From Caldisphaera sp. (GTDB taxonomy: Archaea; Thermoproteota; Thermoprotei_A; Sulfolobales; Acidilobaceae), in NCBI GenBank assembly GCA_049971805.1, contig JBMFKU010000031.1, positions 1 through 12,959 on the forward strand: 12,959 bases of DNA, read 5' to 3'. The position numbers and the translations under genes are program-made. Positions 7,442 to 12,959 of this stretch are shown in pieces (the stretch's first letter is position 1; every line of letters begins with the position of its first letter). Under the pieces are notes generated by a model. It was not told the DNA's origin. It ran no database searches and was given only the letters and a program-made list of their open reading frames with translations.

Positions 7442-9356
7442 TTATAATAAGCTTCTTAAAATAATACCAGATATAATGGAAAAGCTAAGAAATAGGGGAT
7501 TTAAATTTGGGGCTAGCTATTCGTTACAAATATTAAACTTAGTAAATGCCTATTCATTATTTGATAATACCCAAGTTCTAAGTTATAACGATGTAGTTCA
7601 AATATTTCTTTCTGTATTAGCTAGAAATAGTCATGAAGAGAAGATAGTAAAGGAATTACTTAATGAAGAATTTTTTGACAAAAACGATTTTATAATAAAG
7701 GAATTATATTTGATTAAGGAAAAATTTGAAAATAAACAGATTTTGCCGGAAAAATTAAATGAAAAAGATTATGAGCATTTTGTTATATTAAAAGCATTAA
7801 ATGCTGTGAGAAAGCAAGGTAAGTTTTATAGGCTTGTAAATGAGTCAGATTTTAAAGAAATAACAAGAATAGCATCTGAAATGGAAGAAAAGGAGATAGA
7901 GGATAAAATTATATCTTTAATAAGATCAATGAATCCAGAAGAAATTGTAAAATTGCAAAGGAGCGACCTATTTTATAAATCTTTAAATTATTTGCCAATT
8001 AAGAAATTAGAAGATTTAGGACTGCTATTAAACAAAAGACATAATAAGAAAGCAGTTATTGAAATAGGGAAAGCAATTAAAGAAAGGGTAATTAAAGGAG
8101 AAAAGGTAAATGCTAAACAAGTATGGGATTTGTTAAAATCCCTCGATATGCTTGATGACATTGTTGAAAAAGAATTAATGTTGCAAGAACAATCTTTAGT
8201 TAAAAGGTCAAATCTCAACTTAAATGATATTAATAAATTAAGTGGGATAGAAAACGGAGAGCTGGTACCAATGTTAATAAATAGATATATAAAATCTGCA
8301 AAAACTAGAAATGATATAATTAATATAATCAGAAATGTTAATCCTAAGGATTTATGGAAGTTAAATAGATCTCCAATCCAAGGAGACGAAGGAGAGCTAA
8401 TTAATGCTGCAATATATTCATCAATGGCATTAAAAGAAAGCTTAGAGTATATTAAAACTAATAATGAAGGAAATAAGATAATGTCTAGGTTCTATTTAAG
8501 CAAAGCCCAAAATACATTAAATAAATTAGAAAATAAAAATATATCTTTAGGAAATGTGAACAAATCTTCGATACTTTCTATCATAGTTAAAGCAGACAAA
8601 TTATTGGATTTCTTGGAAAAGGGAGAAACGGCTTTTTTAGATTCCTTCGATCTTCCATTGGCATTTGATATTTTAAGAAATATGTACAAAAGATTAGATG
8701 GAGAGCAAAAGATAAAAATAGAAAGAATTGCAAAAAATTATCTGATAAAAACGTTAAGCCTGAAGGGATATAAAAAATTACCTATAAAGAAGAAGTCTAC
8801 AATAAAATCAGGTAAACTGTTAATTAAGGAAACATCAATGAACATAATAAGAAACAAAGAAGATTTTTTAGTATATAAGAGAAAAGTAAAAGGGAAGCAA
8901 ATATCATTGGCATTAGATATAAGCAGCTCGATGGCAGATTACTCATCTTGGGCATTGAGCATTTCGTCAATATTTTTACATAACATAAATAAACTGGTTT
9001 TATTTTCATCAAAGCCTATTGTATATAAAGGACTTAGCTTTAATAAGATAGTTAAATTGCTTTTGTCTTTAGAATTTTCAGGATATACAGATATATCATC
9101 TGCTTTAAATGAATTAAAGGATAAAAATAATAATCTTGGCGTGATTATTACAGATTTAAAGCAAACAATTAAAAACAGAAATCCTGAGTCTATAACTAAA
9201 GAATTAACAAATTATGGTATGAAGTTAATTTTCATTTTACCTAAAAATCATGATAATAGGGAAAAACATCTAATAGAAGAAAATGGGGGTATAGTAAAAG
9301 TTGTTTCTTCCCCAGAAGGTGCTGCTAGAGAAATAATAAGGATATTAAGGTATTAA
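7422..9356 (+). CDS. vWA (MIDAS) domain protein, CoxE/ViaA-like partner of the MoxR ATPase
   Basis: C-terminal LALDISSSM (DxSxS), GYTDISSAL and IITD MIDAS motifs, with a long predicted helical N-terminal/middle region. Overlaps the ATPase by 20 nt; GTGAT SD-like site at 7412-7416. Confidence 0.85.
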   Translation: MSYPSINYNKLLKIIPDIMEKLRNRGFKFGASYSLQILNLVNAYSLFDNTQVLSYNDVVQIFLSVLARNSHEEKIVKELLNEEFFDKNDFIIKELYLIKEKFENKQILPEKLNEKDYEHFVILKALNAVRKQGKFYRLVNESDFKEITRIASEMEEKEIEDKIISLIRSMNPEEIVKLQRSDLFYKSLNYLPIKKLEDLGLLLNKRHNKKAVIEIGKAIKERVIKGEKVNAKQVWDLLKSLDMLDDIVEKELMLQEQSLVKRSNLNLNDINKLSGIENGELVPMLINRYIKSAKTRNDIINIIRNVNPKDLWKLNRSPIQGDEGELINAAIYSSMALKESLEYIKTNNEGNKIMSRFYLSKAQNTLNKLENKNISLGNVNKSSILSIIVKADKLLDFLEKGETAFLDSFDLPLAFDILRNMYKRLDGEQKIKIERIAKNYLIKTLSLKGYKKLPIKKKSTIKSGKLLIKETSMNIIRNKEDFLVYKRKVKGKQISLALDISSSMADYSSWALSISSIFLHNINKLVLFSSKPIVYKGLSFNKIVKLLLSLEFSGYTDISSALNELKDKNNNLGVIITDLKQTIKNRNPESITKELTNYGMKLIFILPKNHDNREKHLIEENGGIVKVVSSPEGAAREIIRILRY

Positions 9357-10214
9357 TTTATTAAATTTTCCTTTTCTTAGGTCCATCACAGTTTTAACTA
9401 GACTTCCTATTCCAATTGCCCCAACTACAAATACTACTAATATAAAACCTATATCTATAGCGCTTAGATTAGGTATTGGATTACCAGTTGATATAGCTAG
9501 GTTATCTATGGAAGGTAATGCAAGAATTAAAGCGCCTATAATTGAAAATGCTAGTCCTCCATAATAAAGTGTATTTCCTGCAGTCTTTAAACCTACATAT
9601 TTTATTTGAGATTCATTATATCCCATTTTTTTCATTAATCCACCAAAAAATGCCCCTATGATTATTTGCATTGTCATTGTTCCTAGACCAAAGAATAGAC
9701 CTGGTAAGGGAGCATAAATAATTGATGGTACTTTAGGTGCTAAAATAAATGTTATTATAGTTGCATATGCTCCAAAACCAAAACCTGCTATTAGTCCATG
9801 AACTACAGTCATTTTTAATGGAACATCTTTCTTTGGTTCAATTCTTTCAGCCTTTTCTGTGTGTCTATGGGTTGGAATTAAATGAACATGCAAATATTTT
9901 CCATGCATTACATATGATCCTGCAATAAACATAACTATACCAACTATTATGTACACAGGACCGTCTAGGTTATATACTTGATAAATCCTTGCTAAACCTA
10001 TATAGCCGAGGGTAGTAAGAAAGGCTCTTTGTATTGTAAACCCGAGAGAAAACAAAAGACCTGCTAAAAGGCCTCCTTTTGTGCTATATTTTCCTACAGC
10101 ATAACTAAATGTTATTGGCCATGTATGTTCATCTGGAGTAATTCCATGTAATGTACCTAAAATATAAGATATTGCTATAATAGCACCTAGTGTTAATGTT
10201 CCTGAAGGATTCAA
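9345..10214 (-). CDS. Membrane protein of NiCoT/UreH-like (nickel/cobalt transporter-related) type; 5' end interrupted by an in-frame stop, possibly a pseudogene
   Basis: Multiple hydrophobic segments, LGTLHGITPDEH (HxxxxD-H-like) motif, His-rich loop HGKYLHVHLIPTHRH and a second motif VHGLIAGFG. The annotated TTG has no SD of its own. The SD-led ATG at 10235 is in frame but is followed by TAA at 10220-10218. Confidence 0.7.
   Translation of the reverse strand: MNPSGTLTLGAIIAISYILGTLHGITPDEHTWPITFSYAVGKYSTKGGLLAGLLFSLGFTIQRAFLTTLGYIGLARIYQVYNLDGPVYIIVGIVMFIAGSYVMHGKYLHVHLIPTHRHTEKAERIEPKKDVPLKMTVVHGLIAGFGFGAYATIITFILAPKVPSIIYAPLPGLFFGLGTMTMQIIIGAFFGGLMKKMGYNESQIKYVGLKTAGNTLYYGGLAFSIIGALILALPSIDNLAISTGNPIPNLSAIDIGFILVVFVVGAIGIGSLVKTVMDLRKGKFNKLIP
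9366..9378 (+). terminator. Possible archaeal oligo-T terminator of the ileS-cas4-moxR-vWA unit
   Basis: Pyrimidine tract TTTTCCTTTTCTT about 10 nt after the vWA stop. It lies inside the convergent CDS, so it could simply reflect Lys/Arg codons on the other strand. Confidence 0.3.
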
Positions 10215-10245
10215 TATTTATTCTAGCAAGTTCATTCTCTCACCT

Positions 10246-10283
10246 GTGCACATTTCATTCTATTCTTTATTGGAAATGTGCAC
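10246..10283. promoter_or_regulatory. Perfect 11-bp inverted repeat GTGCACATTTC-N16-GAAATGTGCAC, candidate repressor operator
   Basis: Arms 10246-10256 and 10273-10283 are exact reverse complements. The element sits precisely between the - strand TATA box and the SD AGGTGA (10245-10240). Confidence 0.75.
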
Positions 10284-10299
10284 TTTATAAGCTTTTCTT
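10284..10299 (-). promoter_or_regulatory. BRE-TATA promoter of the transporter gene
   Basis: The - strand reads AAGAAAAGC-TTATAAA; the predicted transcription start is near 10260. Confidence 0.65.
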
Positions 10300-10407
10300 A
10301 ATATTTTATAGAAGGTATATTTTATTTTATATAAAGATTTATAATTTATAAATTTATAAAAGTTAATTTTTTTAAGGATTAATTTAATTTAATATTAGGG
10401 TATAAAA

Positions 10408-12321
10408 GTGAAAAATCCATTCGTCGATGCAGTGGAAACTATAGCAAAATCTATTTCGGAAAATTTAAAAATTAATTATGCTGATGTATTTAGACTTCTT
10501 TTAGAGCCAGTTAAAGAAGAGTATGGAGATTTTGCCTTCCCTTTATTAAGATATACAAAAAATCCAGATACAATCATTTTCTATGTAAATGATAAATTAG
10601 ATAAAAAAGACCTAAATATAGTTAATGAAAAAATATTGTCAGGTTTTATAAACTTTATATTCAAAGAAGACGTACTTTTTAAAAAAATAGTTGAGTACAT
10701 AGGTTATGGAAATAAAATAGAAGTTGAAGCCACTGAAAATCCTAAAATTATAGTAGTGGAGCATACAAGTGCAAACCCTATACATCCATTGCACATGGGG
10801 CATGCCAGAAATGCATGCATTGGAGATACTTTGTTTAGACTTTTATCTGCTAGAGGGCATAAAATAAATACTAGATTTTATGTTGATGATATGGGTAGAC
10901 AATCAGTTTTGGCTGCTTTGGGCTTTAAGATAATAGGAAAAAATCCAATGGAATTATCTAAAGAACTTAATATAAAACCAGATAAATTAGTGGGATGGGT
11001 CTATGCAGTATCTACTACTACAATTGATGCTATGGAGGCAAAAATGAAAAATGATATTGAGGAGGCAGAAAAGCTTGGTTCAGTACTTGTGAGGCTAAGG
11101 TCTCAGGATCCCGGAAATATTTTTGATTTACTTTTTAATAAATTGAATTCATTAGAAGATCCTGAAAAGGAAATATCAAACATAATGGTAAGGTATGAAA
11201 AAGGATTAGAACCTGAGAAAACGTTAGTAAGGTCAATGGCAAATTCAGTATTGGAAGGCTTCAAAGAAACGCTGTCTAGATTAGGTATATTTTATAATGA
11301 TTGGGATTGGGAAAGTGATATATTATGGAAAGGACTAGTAGACGATATGGTAGAAAGGGCCAAGAAAAGCAAATATTTTATTAAATATAAGGATGCAGAC
11401 GCAATAGATATACCAAGGATAATAGAGGAGATAGTTAAAAGTAATGATATAATTTCAAATATCATAAAAATACCTAAGGGTTTTGATATGCCTCCTCTTA
11501 TATTAAGAAGAAGCGATGGCTCTACCTTATACACAACTAGAGACATGGCATATACAATTTACAAATTTAAAGTTACAAATGCAGATAGAGTTATAAATGT
11601 TATTGGCACAGACCAAAGATTACCGCAACTACAGTTACGATTAGCATTACTTGGGTTAGGATATGAGAGGGAATCATTAAATCTTATGCATTATGACTAT
11701 GAAATAGTTAGACTACCAGGTAAGGCAATGCATGGTAGAAGAGGGGAGTATGTAACATTAGATGAAGTTCTAGATGAAATAAAAAATAGTGCAATAAAAG
11801 AAATTAAAAATAGAAATCCAGATTTTGATAATAAAACAATTAATGAAATAGCAGAAAATATATCCATTGGGGCAATAAGATATGCTATGATACAGCTAAA
11901 TGCATCAAAGCCATTAACTTTCGATATTAATAAGGTATTAAATCTCAGAGAAAGTAGCGGTCCATACTTACAATATACTTATGTTAGATCAATAAATATA
12001 TTAGAGAAGCATGGTGAAATAGATTTTAAATCGATTGATTATAATGCCATAAAGAATAAATTAAGGAGGTCATTATTTTTAAAATCACTAAAATTTTCTC
12101 TTGTTGCTGCAAAAGCTTCTGATGATTTATCTCCTGAGGATTTAGCTAGCTATTTAATAAACTTATCAGACTTATTTAATCAATGGTATGAGGCTGATAG
12201 TGTTTTGTATGAAAAAGAATATAATGTAAAGGAAGCTAAGGCTTTTTTAGTTTACTTAGTCAAACAGGTTCTTGAGCAAGGAATGCATTTATTGGGAATA
12301 CCTATTGTTAAAAAGCTTTAG
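10408..12321 (+). CDS. argS: Arginine--tRNA ligase
   Basis: YGDFAFP N-domain, VVEHTSANPIHPLHMGHARN (HIGH), FYVDDMGRQ, RRSDGSTLYTTRD, MHGRRG, and DALR-domain SGPYLQYTY. GTG start with AGGGT SD. Confidence 0.97.
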   Translation: MKNPFVDAVETIAKSISENLKINYADVFRLLLEPVKEEYGDFAFPLLRYTKNPDTIIFYVNDKLDKKDLNIVNEKILSGFINFIFKEDVLFKKIVEYIGYGNKIEVEATENPKIIVVEHTSANPIHPLHMGHARNACIGDTLFRLLSARGHKINTRFYVDDMGRQSVLAALGFKIIGKNPMELSKELNIKPDKLVGWVYAVSTTTIDAMEAKMKNDIEEAEKLGSVLVRLRSQDPGNIFDLLFNKLNSLEDPEKEISNIMVRYEKGLEPEKTLVRSMANSVLEGFKETLSRLGIFYNDWDWESDILWKGLVDDMVERAKKSKYFIKYKDADAIDIPRIIEEIVKSNDIISNIIKIPKGFDMPPLILRRSDGSTLYTTRDMAYTIYKFKVTNADRVINVIGTDQRLPQLQLRLALLGLGYERESLNLMHYDYEIVRLPGKAMHGRRGEYVTLDEVLDEIKNSAIKEIKNRNPDFDNKTINEIAENISIGAIRYAMIQLNASKPLTFDINKVLNLRESSGPYLQYTYVRSINILEKHGEIDFKSIDYNAIKNKLRRSLFLKSLKFSLVAAKASDDLSPEDLASYLINLSDLFNQWYEADSVLYEKEYNVKEAKAFLVYLVKQVLEQGMHLLGIPIVKKL

Positions 12322-12352
12322 TGAAATAGGTATAATATAATTAAAAATCTTT

Positions 12353-12395
12353 AAAAATTTATAAATACACAATTAACACAACTATTCTGCGGCGA
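12353..12395 (+). promoter_or_regulatory. BRE-TATA and SD-like site of the aminotransferase gene
   Basis: AAAAA-TTTATAAA (12353-12365) and GGCGA (12391-12395) 5 nt before TTG 12401. Confidence 0.5.
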
Positions 12396-12400
12396 CAAAC

Positions 12401-12959
12401 TTGGATAATAGTGAATTGTTAAATGATAATGTTGATATAAATATGGCTTTTGGCTATCCTGGTTCTGAACCTATAAACAAAGATAAAATAGCTGAGATTT
12501 TACATAGGTCAATAAAAGAAAGTGGAGAATCCTCATTGCAGTACACACCTGCATCAGGACTAAGTTTTGTAAAAGATACAGTAAAAAAATTTTTAAGCGA
12601 AAAAGGAGTAAAAATAAATTCTGATGATGAGTTAATTTTACCTCCAGGAGGGACATCTGCTCTTTTTTACACATTTTTTGCAACTTTAAATCATAAAGAA
12701 TATGTAATAGTTGAATCCCCTACCTTTATTGGGACGTTGAATACATTAAGATTTTTAAAGTCAAATATAGATCAAGTTAAACTTGATGAAGATGGACTAA
12801 ATATAGATTTGCTAGAAGCAAAGATTAAAGAAATTAATAAAAATGGGGGCAAGGTAAAATTAATTTATACAATACCTACAGCCCATAATCCAACAGGAGT
12901 TATTATGAATGATGACAGAAGGAAGGAATTGATAGAGGTAGCAAATAAATATGATTTAT
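12401..12959 (+). CDS. PLP-dependent class I/II aminotransferase (ARO8/LysN-like), 3' truncated by the window edge
   Basis: Hand translation from TTG 12401 is open to the window end: INMAFGYP, SLQYTPASG, VIVESPTFIG, LDEDGLNIDLLE, KLIYTIPTAHNPTGVIMNDDRRKELIEVANKYDL. It is absent from the ORF track because there is no stop within the window. Confidence 0.92.
   Translation, partial: MDNSELLNDNVDINMAFGYPGSEPINKDKIAEILHRSIKESGESSLQYTPASGLSFVKDTVKKFLSEKGVKINSDDELILPPGGTSALFYTFFATLNHKEYVIVESPTFIGTLNTLRFLKSNIDQVKLDEDGLNIDLLEAKIKEINKNGGKVKLIYTIPTAHNPTGVIMNDDRRKELIEVANKYDL

Noticed and set aside
12621-12630. CTGATGATGA as C/D box sRNA motifs
   Set aside because: Lies within the aminotransferase CDS (Ser-Asp-Asp-Glu codons), with no properly spaced downstream D box.
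1877-12683. Short - strand ORFs in the track (1877, 2905, 3310, 3961, 5683, 6096, 7988, 8492, 8824, 11292, 12471)
   Set aside because: All lie antisense to well-supported genes and have the Ser/Leu/Phe/Ile-rich composition of shadow ORFs, with no recognisable motifs.
12661-12690. Possible frameshift in the poly-T runs of the aminotransferase
   Set aside because: Careful reading (CTT TTT TAC ACA TTT TTT GCA ACT TTA AAT) keeps the frame open into VIVESPTF.

Overview
AT-rich archaeal chromosomal DNA, probably from a crenarchaeon. This is inferred from GGTGA/GGAG Shine-Dalgarno (SD) sites, BRE-TATA promoters and the archaeal-type IleRS and ArgRS motifs. A long + strand run encodes a TtuA/Ncs6-family tRNA 2-thiolation enzyme, a translationally coupled radical SAM protein, an 83-aa hypothetical protein and IleRS. 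These are followed directly by a CRISPR-independent (solo) Cas4-family nuclease, a MoxR AAA+ ATPase and a large vWA/MIDAS protein. A His-motif NiCoT/UreH-like membrane protein lies convergent on the - strand, followed by argS and a PLP aminotransferase cut off by the window end (not in the ORF track). Most notable: (i) the cas4-moxR-vWA module attached to ileS; (ii) a perfect 11-bp inverted repeat with a 16-bp spacer over the transporter promoter; (iii) an in-frame TAA six codons into that transporter's SD-led reading frame; (iv) a perfect 19-nt tandem repeat read in two frames inside the radical SAM gene; (v) a GC-rich, TATA-preceded structured - strand transcript at the left edge. No CRISPR array, tRNA or mobile element was recognised.
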